Source: Entomortierella parvispora E1425
Taxonomy: Eukaryota; Fungi; Mortierellomycota
DNA: 64,000 bases
NCBI GenBank assembly: GCA_020891255.1
Contig: BQFW01000004.1
Span: 1,860,001 to 1,924,000 of the forward strand
Reading direction: 5' to 3'
The position numbers and the translations under genes are program-made. This document shows, piece after piece, positions 12,682-23,946 of this stretch. How positions within the stretch are numbered: the first letter of the stretch is position 1; every line of letters begins with the position of its first letter. Below the pieces are notes generated by a model. The model made no database searches. It was not told the origin of the DNA and saw only the letters and a program-made list of their open reading frames with translations.

Positions 12682-13737
12682 AGTGGGTGTACGTGTTTTA
12701 TGTTGAGCAAAGGGGTAGAGGAGCCAGGTGATGAGGCGCAGCTATAATTGCACCAATGACAGGGCAAGTCTGATGGAAGAATGAAGGAAGATTCAGTAAG
12801 CAAGTAAGCAGAGGATGGATGTTTGTTCGAGGGATCAAGTGGGCGAACAGGCAGGCAAGCAAGGGCACACAGCATGTCGCCAGCCAAGAGTCCATTCCAC
12901 CAGTTTCCCATTCCACCAGTGGGAGGACAGGACAGGAGTCCAGCAAGCAGGCGTGTGCGCTCTCTGCTCTCTCCAAGTGCAATAGTGCAATGAAAAGAGA
13001 GAGAGAGAGAGACTCGCGGAGCTTGTTTGTCCGCCTTGTCTGCCTGTCTGCTGGTGTGCGCCCTTGTGCGCCCTTCCCGTAAGTGCACGGAGGATGACCA
13101 ACCCACCCGCCTCTCCCCTTCCCTCTCGCTTCTCTCTCCCTCTGTCTCCCTTCTCCATCTCGTTCTCTTTCGGTCTGTTCCCCCCGAGTGGCCATCTCAA
13201 AGGCACACATCCATTCACATCCTCTCCTCTCCTCTGACTGTCTGTCTGTCATCTCCATCCTATCTCCATCCTTGACTCTTTGTCCCCAAGAGACAGTCCA
13301 TCCTGACCACCCCCACATTCCCATCCCGTCCCATCCCATCCCATCCAGTCCAATCATTCCCACCTGGATTACACAATCCCAGCTTTCGATCTTTTTATTT
13401 TTTTTGTTTTGTCTCTTCTCATATCCTTCCGTTCTGTCGGACTTCCTTCATTGTCCTCTAACCTCTTTCCTCGAACCTGTTGTTCCTCTCGCCTTGGCCA
13501 TGTCTGTGTGATTTGACTTCATTGATCAATCCACCAGACGTCATCCTTCGCCCTTCGTTCTCTCAGTCTCAGCCCCTCCAAGCTCACACCTAACCAACGC
13601 CCTTGCGAGTTCCTTCTCCCATCCGCAGCCACTTCTCACCCTCTGACCTTATTTTTCTCTCCCACTCAATCAGAGAAAACCCACCTCCCTTCCTCCCCTC
13701 CTCCCCAGCAAATCTCCCCACTCTTACCACTTTCAGA

Positions 13738-16700
13738 ATGCAAACTCCAGCTGATCAATCCAACGAAACCGACGGAGAAGCACCACTAGAGTCCGACCCT
13801 ACGAATCGGTTTCAACGCTGCGACGAAGTCCTTGGCGAGGGTGCTTACAAGCACGTCTACCGCGCCTTCGACCAGGAAGAAGGTGTAGAAGTAGCCTGGA
13901 ACCAACTCCGTATCGACCATCTGTCTAAAAAGGAAGCCCAGAAGATCCTGTCCGAGATCGAGATCCTGCAGTCTATCCGCAACGAACATATCATCAACTT
14001 TTATGCTTCATGGTCGACAAAGGCCCCCAACGGCGGCGAGCGCATCGTCTTCGTGACTGAGCTCATGTCCTCTGGCACACTGAAGCAGTATCTGAAAAAG
14101 ACTTTGAAGGGTCCGCTCAAACCTAAGGTCCTCAAGTCGTGGTGTCGTCAGATCCTCCAGGGTCTCGTCTATCTCCATACGCACGACCCGCCTATCATCC
14201 ACCGCGACCTTAAATGCGACAACATCTTTATCAATGGAAACAACGGGCAGCTAAAGATTGGCGACCTCGGACTTGCTGTCGTTCGACACAAGACCCACGT
14301 TTCCTCAGTCCTAGGCACACCAGAGTTTATGGCGCCGGAGCTCTACGACGAAAAATACGACGAGAAGGTCGACATCTATGCGTTTGGCATGTGTGTCCTG
14401 GAAATGGCAAGTGTTCAATCCTCATTACTTTTTGCATCGCCCCACCTTGCATGCTAATTCTGGCACAACGGTCGCTCTTGTGGGCTTTTTTTGTATTTGT
14501 ACCATGCACCTGCCTGACAATGACGCACTGCCGCCTTGTCGGAGTGTCGAAGTGTGCATGGTCGATGCCTCAGGTCCAAACAAACAAAACGAACGCGCAT
14601 GCTCATATTCTGCTTTTTTTTCCCCCCCAATACTCTTTATATCTCCGCGCGCATCATTGTTTTGGCTCCTACGTGCTATGCTCATGCTCAATGTCGATCC
14701 TGGCCTCTAAAAAACCACAGGTTACGAAAGAGTATCCTTACTCAGAGTGCACCAACCAGGCGCAGATCTATCGCAAGGTTACCATGGGCATCAAACCAAA
14801 GTCACTGGAGCATGTTCAGGACTTGGAGACCAGGGAATTCATCAACCGCTGTCTTGATCATGACGACCGGACTCGCCCCTCTGCCCAAGAGCTTCTTGAT
14901 TCTGATTTCCTCGTGCCATGTGCTGCAGCGCCAATGCTCGCATCTACTTCCATGGGTCTATTCAGCAATCCCAACAGATCACTCTCAGAGGGTATCGAGT
15001 CTTTGGAGACGCCATCCTCTGCATCTTTCGCAAGCAACTCCAACAGATCGTCTTTTGCCGAACCTTCTGCGACATCCCCCACCTCTGGATTCCCAGTTTC
15101 TACTCCTTTGTCCAATGTCTTGCCAAGGATACCTCCAACATCGCCAGTGGCCAAAGTCCAACCTATCACTATACCCCCAACAGCATTCACGACTTTGACA
15201 ACTGTTGATGCCGACAACAAGACCTATCACATTCGGTCGAATCTCTTGCCTCAAACACCCACATCTGCAGACAGGACTGTCGTAGGTTCGACTCCAGAGG
15301 CCGACCAACTCGAAGACTCTAGCCCCACCGCCGAGAGTATGAACGATCCCGCATCTGAGCCTCCGACTCTGCACTCGCACGCCAACTCGAAAACGTGCTC
15401 TATTCAGGTGGTTCAATACGGCGAAGCAAATGGCGATCACTTGAATCTCAAGATGATCTGCACTTGTCCCGTGGCTGGTCCTCGGGATGCGGCGTTGGCG
15501 TCTGGTACGCACGAAATCAAATTTCCGTTCGACTTGAACGTCGACACAGTGGGTGAAGTTGTTGCTGAGATGATTCGTGAGCAAATTCTTTCTGCAGACG
15601 ATCGAGAAGAAGCCACTGCAAAGATCCAGGATCTGATCGATGGCGTTCTTGCCGCCAGGAAGGAGCAGGCTCGTATCACCAAGGACAAAGCTCGTTCTCT
15701 GAAATCCCAGCTGAAGGTTCCACCAGTAGATGATTTATACCAGTATGGAACCTCTCCCACTGAGTCATACTACGACCACTATTCAACTGTTGGTTCAAAT
15801 GCATCAGCAGAGTGGAATGGCGATGAATCGCTTGTTGAATCGGATCAAGGTTATGGAACCGTTCCCCCTCGACCCCCTCAACAGCCTCCTGTCATCTCCG
15901 AGGCAACGTTCCCACCGTTGCATGCGGCTCCTCAATCCAAAGTCGGGTCAAAAGTGCCGTCAGAGAAGACGTCTCATGACCAACATACCCAGCTCGAGCA
16001 GCCACAATCTCAGCACGAACTCAGGACAACAGTACAACAGCAGCAACAGCAACATCAAGTCAGCTATTCGGAAGTAGTGCAGCACCCAGTCACAGGACAG
16101 CTCTCCAACTCGCCCCGTCGTCCTCGTTCACCAGCCACCTCTAGACCACAGAGCTTCTACGGTGTCGAATCCAAGTCACAATCCTCCACAGCCAAGAACG
16201 GTTTGCGCGACATTGAAACCACTACACTTGCAGATCGAAAGAGGAACGAAGAACTGGAAGATGTTGGCTATACTTCTCCATATCGACATGGCGTTTCCAG
16301 TTCATCTATCAACTACCACAGACGGTCACCCTCCGTGGATGCATCGGTGATCATTGCTCAGCCAACCCCAAGGCCTAGCCAGGCGACGGGACTCTCTCCA
16401 GATCAAACGGGAATTTTGTCTAAACCTCAGAGCACAGCGGAGCATCATAGAGTATCGTATGCCCCTGTGCGGTTTCCCAGTACCAATTCTGAAACTGCCC
16501 CAACGCTCTCCAGGGAATCGTCTTTGAGGAAATCCATACCCGTTACCAATGGATCGACTCTCCCATCAGAATCGCTCGAGCTGCACCCATCTAGTGGCGT
16601 TTCGACTCTGAATGGAGGTGTAGAACGTGCCAGCCGTCCTCCTGTTCTCTCAACACTATCGACACAGCTTAAAAACCTGGAGCTTCGAACGTCTCATTCC

Positions 16701-17120
16701 GCTAGTTCTCTTCCCCTTCATCACGAGGGGCAACATCCTCACCAACATACTCATGTCATCCAACAAAAGCCAGTTGCATCTGGTCTCCTGTCCTCGAATA
16801 CAGGAGTGTTGGGCAAGAAGGACATTGAGCTTTGGTCAAATAATGTTCCGACGGGGGATAGCATGAGCGCGGGAACTTTTGCGAATGGTTCTACGTACTC
16901 GAGCTGCCCCGAGACCTCTGATGATGAAGAGGTCCTGGATGAAGATCTCAAGGTGTTGCGAGAGAAACAGAGGCAGGAGTTGGAGCTGATGCGACTACAG
17001 CATGTGCAGCAGTGGGAAATGATGATGAAACTCAAGGAGCAAAAGGGTCAGCAGGAACGTATTCGCCGAAAGAGTGAAGTCGGTGCTGCACCTCCACACG
17101 CATCGTCGCTCTTTCAGTGA
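13738..17120 (+). CDS. WNK: WNK-family Ser/Thr kinase; exons 13738-14406 and 14721-17120 (GC-AG intron); about 1022 aa
   Basis: Catalytic Lys in the Gly loop (GEGAYKHVY), subdomain II VAWNQ with no Lys, [41 protein letters not shown]2-like FPFDLNVDT...VAEM, C-terminal coiled coil. Confidence 0.92.
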
Positions 17121-17840
17121 TTCTTCTGTATATTTACACCCTTTTGCCCATTGCCTTTGTCCCATAATTGTACCAATAGCTTCAGTTTGACCCTTACTCC
17201 CACTGCTAAATTATCAAGTGTTGTATCATAGCTTTCAAAATAAACACAGATTCGAAACAATCTTTTTGCCCACACCTTCACCAGTCAAGCAATCATCGTT
17301 CTCAAGGAACAAAAAAAAAAAGTCGAAAATGCTGAGATCACAGCCCTTAAGGAGTCAAGGATATCTACGCGGCACAGGCGCGGCTTGATTTGCGCTTCCT
17401 CTGGAAATATTTCAAAACTTTCGTATGTGCTGAAACCCCGCTGTGCGGTTGCTTGGATGCGTGCTGCCATCCATGGATCCATCCATCCATTGATTCGACC
17501 AGGGATGAATACGACAGACGCATCCCACATGCTATTCGGATCAGGAATCACTCTGGATGGTTTGGGCAGGAGCTGAAAAAAAAAAAGATCGAGTCAACAG
17601 ATTTCAGGCATGGAGGATGACAAGCTGGACGAGCAAAGGCAGAGATGGCACCAATCAATCTCTTTCTTCAGGAGACCTCTGGTGTTTATGGGATATCTTC
17701 CAGAATCACACAGGAAAGTGCGTCGGCCAGAATTATTTCCATATGGAAGAGTTCTCGGCATACCGCGACTTGCACCAGGACTTGGCACGAGATAATGGCG
17801 CCTCACCATTATATCTGCCGGCCCGAAGCAAGCCGCAAAG

Positions 17841-18013
17841 GTATCAACGATGCTTTGAGTCCAGTGAAGTTCTCTGTATTATCAGGCGCGCCGGTCATTG
17901 TTCATGGACGATATTGGAGGCTCGGGCGACCAGAATTTTTTACCCCTGGATTTCATATATATCTCTTTTCAAAACTCCATCTGACCAAGAGATATTTCTG
18001 TTGATAATCTTAG
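17841..18013 (+). other. Probable 5'-UTR intron of RPL9
   Basis: AAG|GTATCA donor, CTGAC branch site at 17981, TAG acceptor 6 nt before the ATG. Confidence 0.6.
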
Positions 18014-18019
18014 GACACA

Positions 18020-18595
18020 ATGAAGGACATCTACAAGGAAGAGATTCTCGCTATCCCCGAGGGTGTTGAGGTCGAGGTTAAGGCCCGCAATGTCACCATC
18101 AAGGGTCCCCGCGGTACCCTTACCAAGAACTTCCGTCACGTCGAGATGGACATTGTCAAGTTGGATACCGCCCGCCTTCGCCTCGTTGTCTGGCACGGTA
18201 AGCGCAAGCACGTTGCTTGCCTCCGCACCATCCGCTCCCTGATCAACAACATGATCATTGGTGTCACCAAGGGTTACGAGTACAAGATGCGCTTCGTCTA
18301 TGCCCATTTCCCCATCAACGTCATTATTGCCGATGATGAGAAGTCGGTCGAGATCCGCAACTTCTTGGGTGAGAAGCTCGTCCGTCACGTTCCCATGCTG
18401 GAGGGTGTCACCATCTTCCACTCCAAGGACCAGAAGGATGAGATCACCTTGATCGGTAACGATCTCGGAAACGTCTCCCAGTCCGCTGCCAACATCCAGC
18501 AGGCTACCACCGTCAAGAACAAGGATATCCGTAAGTTCTTGGATGGTATCTACGTTTCCCAGAAGGGTCAGCTCAAGGGCGCTGATGACGAGTAA
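18020..18595 (+). CDS. RPL9: 60S ribosomal protein L9 (uL6), 191 aa
   Basis: KGPRGTLTKNF, KMRFVYAHFPIN, IRNFLGEK, KDIRKFLDGIYVS; strong codon bias. Confidence 0.98.
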   Translation: MKDIYKEEILAIPEGVEVEVKARNVTIKGPRGTLTKNFRHVEMDIVKLDTARLRLVVWHGKRKHVACLRTIRSLINNMIIGVTKGYEYKMRFVYAHFPINVIIADDEKSVEIRNFLGEKLVRHVPMLEGVTIFHSKDQKDEITLIGNDLGNVSQSAANIQQATTVKNKDIRKFLDGIYVSQKGQLKGADDE

Positions 18596-18979
18596 AGGAT
18601 CGACTCTACCTAGTCTCTTTTATTCCCACAAACCCTGTTTCCATATAAATAAAAAATATCTGGAGCAAACAATCCTTGGAAAGTGTCCATGCAGATGCGG
18701 ATTTGAATATGCGCCAGCACATTGCACCATTGTATCATTTATATTGAGAACAAAAGCCCTTGATGCTCACAGGGTCATGGGGTGCCTCAAAGTTCTGGAC
18801 ACCCACACAAGTTCTTTCAGACGAAGGACCATATTTCGCCCAAATTGAGTCATGTGATCATTCGCGATTTGCGAATACGGTGCACGATCAATAAAAACTG
18901 ATCTCAGTATTCTTGACACACCAATACCGCAACAAGAACGCTCTTAGAATAAAAAAAATGTCATTGGCTGCAGGGGCAT

Positions 18980-19737
18980 CCCAAGCACCCGAAATAATGG
19001 TGTTGTCTATATTGATCGCAAGCGTTCTGTGTTGGCTCTTGAAGCACAAAACACTCATCTTACATTGCTAGTCCTCAACGTCAGCATGAAGAACGTCTAG
19101 TCCATAAATCTCGGCACAGACGCGATTACAGATGGCGGTAGCAGCCTTTTCCTTGGATGCGAGTTGGGCAGCTTCTGAGGTTGAAGCACAGGGAACAAGC
19201 TCAATACCCTTCAATCGGCTGTTCAAGAAAGTCTGACACTGAGCCAAGGCCATTATGAGAATAGTCAGTGACTAGATGTAAGTCGTCCATTTGAACAGGA
19301 ATATGATGACATCACGCGATGTGCACCTATATATTGACTTAGGATAGGACTATACCCGACGAATAGACTCAATGTTGCTTTTGGAAAGGAGGTAGTGTTG
19401 AACAAGGAGGTGCGTGTCGGCTCTGATCTTGACCTTGGATTTTACGAATTTGTTCAAGGTACGGACAACTGATCTAGCAGTTGAGTTCCGTACGACACCA
19501 TATTGACAGCGGCCACGCTCCACTGCCTCAAACACATCTGCGATTGTTCCTTAAGAAGCATACTGTACATACACTGTCACGTTAGTATGGTGTAGAGAAG
19601 ACGATGTTGTTTTGCTTCAAGATCTACTTACGTCGTGAGAGAAACTGCCGACTGGTTCAAGATAGGCGACTATAGCATCCTTTTGGAGGGAGTGTACGTT
19701 GATATCGTGGGCAAGTGTCTTGAGGAACCTGATTCAT
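18980..19737 (-). pseudogene. PHA2: Degenerate prephenate dehydratase (PHA2/pheA-like) pseudogene; boundaries approximate
   Basis: Fragments IVAYLEPVGSFSH (about VAYLGPxGTFS), DVFEAV..GVVRNST (about GVVPxENS), RRV*SYPK (about VYSHPQ), ALAQCQTFL..STSEAA, DVED*; in-frame stops at 19551-3, 19350-2 and 19068-70; decayed splice sites. Confidence 0.85.
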
Positions 19738-20630
19738 TGTTTCTTCGTTTTTACACTATTCCGCTACCAATGCAATCATCTAAGGGGCGGATGCTAATCA
19801 TAGCTTCTTGGTATCGGATGGAAAGGATTTCGTGAGTGCCGGGTGATAGTTTTGAAGGAGTCGACACCGTTGTCGTGGATTTGCCTCCAAGCCACCGCAA
19901 CTCTGGTATAAAAAGGTACAATGGACGAGAGATAGGGGAAAGTTGTCTTCGCCACATACTTCTTTCCTACCATTTCATCGTTGCTGCTTCTGCTATACGG
20001 ACACTAGTTCCACACGAGCAGGCGAGAAAAGCTTCAGGAGAACCCGGGAAGGACAAAAAAAACTGCGCATTTATTTCGAGCGTCAGGCTCGAGCGACCAA
20101 CAGAGTGGTCTTGGTCTCGACAGAATGACTTAAGAGTCGCAGGGTCGTCTCTTCCAACTCTTGGGCTTGGGACAGGAAGGCTCTTCCAAATTCATCCAAC
20201 CGGATGCAAGGACGAATTGCGCTTGCCGCAACCTTACGTGAGTATCTTCAGGTCAAATTACACCGAAATCTTGTTACAATTATTTGGTCAGAGGTCTAAT
20301 CCGTACTTAATTTGTTTACTCTTGTTTTTTTTGTGACTGAAGACACCGTAAACAAATCCGTTGAAGCCAAGCCACGGCTCTCTGGTACTTTTTTTCTTTT
20401 TTGGCCTTGCTGACCTTGACCTTTGCATTCACTTCAAGCCTCTTTGTCCGAGCATTCATTCGACATCAGGATTGCAGGCATCCATCCAATTGCACTCTCC
20501 TTGACTGCCACCTCATTGCCATCTCATTACTCAGCCTTTGCCTCGAGTATTGATAGCTCCTAGCCTCTCTCCCTTCAACTCTTCTGGATACCCCCTCTCC
20601 TTACCAAACAAAACCAAAAACAGAGCAAGC

Positions 20631-21870
20631 ATGCCAAAGACTTCAGCAGCACCCAGTGGTCCCTTCGTGGAGGTCACGACCAAATTATATATCCACTTGC
20701 CTCCATGCTTTGCCACTAAGCCTATCGAGGGAATCCAAGAGCAATTGAACGGATTTTTGATGAGGTATAGAACTTTGCTCGGTCATAGATCATCATGCCT
20801 TTGATCCGATTTTCTCCTCTTATTGTCTGTTGTCTGTTCGCAAATAAGAAAGATCGATGGTCCAAGTGCTCCCCTCATGCTGACTTTGTTCACCTCTTTC
20901 CCTCCCCTTTAGATATATGCCCCAGGTGGATGGCGTTGTTTTGGCTCATTCGGATCTTGAGATTTTGCAGACTTCTGGAAGGATCATGTTCGACTCTCCC
21001 TATTGCCACTTCTACATCACCGTCAAGCTGTTGGTCTGGAAGCCCGTCAAAGGAAGCATTCTCTGTATGTTCCCCATTCTCACTCACTTGGACTCCCTTG
21101 CCTTGATCTGATCTGCACGGACGTCAAAGAGCAAGATTGTCGATTTTTTTTATCCTGCTCAATCACTAACCAAGGCCTTCTGTCATTTTACATCATTGAT
21201 AAAAAAAAAAATAATAGCTGGAACGATCAATCTTCAGTCGCCTGACCACATCGGTATGCTCCTCTACGGTACCTTCAACGCCTCGATCCCCTCCGAGTTT
21301 ATTCCAAAGGACAAATACGAGTTCAACCCCAACAGCAGTTATAGCCACGTGAAACAGACTGGCGAGGAGGAAGATTCGTCCGCATCCATTGGATTGATGA
21401 GCGGCGAGTGGGTCTTGAAGAACACTGGAGAGAGCATTGGACACGAGGGTATTATCGAATTCGAGGTTTCAGAGTAAGTCCTATCTTTTATTGCCGTGTC
21501 AAGTCTTTGGGTGTCCAAAGAAAAAAGGTGAACGATGTTCTTTGATTCCATTCGTGGGGATACTGATCGCACTATTTGTACCTTGTGTGCTTTCAATAGG
21601 CTTGTCAGGACAAACGACATGTTGACTGTTACAGGATCTTTGATGAAGGTGCCAGTGATGACGCGCCGTGCCTCCATGATGATCAAGTCTCCATCCGCCA
21701 CCGATTCATCCGATAAGAAGCGATCGGCACCCGAGGAGGATGGAGCAGCTGGATCACAGGCGGATTCTGATCTCAAGAGGATAAAGAAGGAGAAGAAGAA
21801 GAAGGAGGGCAAGGAAGATAAGAAGGAGAAGAAGGAAAAGAAGGAGAAGAAGGAGAAGAAGGACAAATAG
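20631..21870 (+). CDS. RPA43: RNA polymerase I subunit RPA43; four exons; Lys/Glu-rich tail
   Basis: LYIHLPP..GIQEQLN..MRY.PQVDGVVLAH, DSPYCHFYITVKLLVWKP, GTINLQSPDHIGMLLYGTFNASIP, MLTVTGSL. Confidence 0.93.
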
Positions 21871-22657
21871 CATGCATTACATATCACATACAGAGCATTT
21901 CACCTAAAACAAAAATCTCGAAAGTCAGTAAACCAAACAGCAGACGCGTGGGTATATGGCGGGTATATGGGGGGTCCATAGGGCTACCGTTCGACTTGGG
22001 TCTCGCCGTTTGCGAGGGTCTCCATCGTCAACACCTGTAACAAGCGAGGATTTCATAGGCGTGTCTCATACAACCCTTGACCATCACTTTGCTTTCCAGA
22101 CGACTGACTCGGAGCTGCAGGTATTGTCGCGGCGGCAATTGCATCACGGTCCTCAGTCTTGTTGTAGCTCATGGAGATTGGCAATCTCGCATAGAGACTT
22201 TAGACGCTTTCAAATCTATCTGAGCTGACTTACTTGGGTTTGAATATGTCTTACGTCTCATACGCGGGTCCGTTGATATGGTTGGGGATTTCTCATCTAG
22301 TCGAGGAAGGGTGTGAGAGGTTGAGCGAAAGAGGTGGCGGGATAAGAGGCGGATGAGCAACGCGCCTTTGGGGCAGGGATGATTGACAGACTTGGCACGA
22401 GTGGCGTGATATGAGAAGGCATCGACGAATGCCGAGCATGGGAGTTTGATGTATGGGAAATGAAAGGTCCTTCATATCGTGACTGTCCCACGCACGAGGC
22501 GCGTGCGTGCATGGATGGTCTCATTCTGTTTCTTCATTCCATTCATTTCCCTTCCCTTCTCCTCAACGAAGCAGAGTCAGGAGCCTCACGACCCTCATCA
22601 CCGGATACGGTAGCAGGAGCCAGTCCAGAAGAGTTATTTGAAAGTAAGCACCAGCCC

Positions 22658-23887
22658 ATGAGTTCACTCCCTGTTTTGCCCTTTGTGGTGCTGAGGGCTC
22701 ACAAGCCAGGGACCGCGGAGGACATTCTGGCGCAGCAGGGACCTCTCCAGTCAGAGTCCATGGAGACTCCTACTTTTGCGATAACGCCGTCGTCAGCATC
22801 TACAACAGCAAAGGGTTCATTGAGGAAATCCCCCACATCCCTCAGCACTGGTGAGGCTAGCGGCGGCTCTACCAAGGACACTTCCACCGGAAAGGCCTCA
22901 ACACCGACCATCTTCCAGACGAGGACCTTGCATCCCCAGGTGCACTATCTCTTTGAGAACGATCCGTTGGAGGCTGAAATCCTGGATTCGATCCCTAAAT
23001 CTCGATGCATCACGTTGGATCTGGACCCTCGTTCGGGGATGATCAGTCATGTCGAGTCGTATTTGGCGGAATTACAAGTCATGGATGTGCGTTGGGAGTC
23101 GCTATCATTGGCTCAACAATTATCGCCCTCACCGTCGTTGTCATCGTCATCACCCCATACAGAAGCAGTATCAACGTTGGCAGATTCTACATCCTCACCC
23201 TCAAGTGTAAGGACGGTCTCTTCGGTGGTGATGAACTCTACGTCTTTATCGAGAAGACCTTCCGACAGGAGTTTAAAGGCACCTTTGTCGTCCCTGTTTT
23301 CTGAAAGCAGTGGCACTAGTGCCAATACAGGGGGAGGAAGTAGCAGTCAGGATGGAAAGCCCACTGCATCACCGTCACGTTCACCGTCTGGCGCAACATT
23401 ATCACCAGGCACGGAGGAGGCTTCTGGGGGTGTTAATCATAAGGATCTGTCGCTCGTCATCTATGCAGTTGAAATGGATCCGCTAGACCAGCAACACAGG
23501 TAAGGGCAAGGCGAAAAAAAAAATAACTGGGTACCTTGGCTATTGAGGAGAGAGCGAGAGAGTACTGATTCTCCTTTTCCCTTCGCTGGACTTCTTATTC
23601 TCAAACATCATCTAGTGATTCAGAGTTATTGGAAACCTCTATGATATCGAGCCTCGATACAGAATCCATACCTGAGGATTACCTCTCTCACTGCGATGCG
23701 CTTCTGAAATCATTCAGCTCCAGGTAACAAGAGAAAAAACTCCCCTAGACATTATCGTACTCGAGCAAATGTCATGATCCACTCAACGAGTTCTCTACCT
23801 TCGTGCTTTAGGAATGCGCTTGTGAAGAAAGTCATTGATTTCACAGCAACCCATTCTAGTCTTTCTACAGCCCAAAGTCTATCATAG
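22658..23887 (+). CDS. Atg31-like protein with Ser-rich insertions; exons 22658-23499, 23616-23723, 23812-23887; about 341 aa; true start uncertain
   Basis: HPQVHYLFEND..CITLDLD..ISHVES...LQV pattern and terminal helix LLKSFSSRNALVKKVI resemble Atg31 (IKYIFED..VIIVQLD); introns splice in frame. Confidence 0.55.
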
Positions 23888-23946
23888 TACTTCACAATAC
23901 TGTAGTAATTTATACGGGGACAGACAGCAGGCTTTCTTAATTTTAT

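Noticed and set aside
12648-13600. Cluster of overlapping low-complexity ORFs between AP4E and WNK (similar clusters at 34500-35200 and 56600-59500)
   Set aside because: They arise from purine/pyrimidine-skewed UTR, promoter and intron sequence and from microsatellites.
14214-14720. N-terminal 169 aa of the 968-aa ORF in the ORF track
   Set aside because: It is an off-frame reading of WNK exon 1 plus the intron; the real frame enters at 14721.
19836-20336. 166-aa ORF upstream of RPA43
   Set aside because: GTG start, no motifs, and no supporting codon bias or splice model.
21956-22530. Short ORFs and GTAAG donors on both strands upstream of the Atg31-like gene
   Set aside because: No ATG-initiated, spliceable model with a recognisable product could be built.
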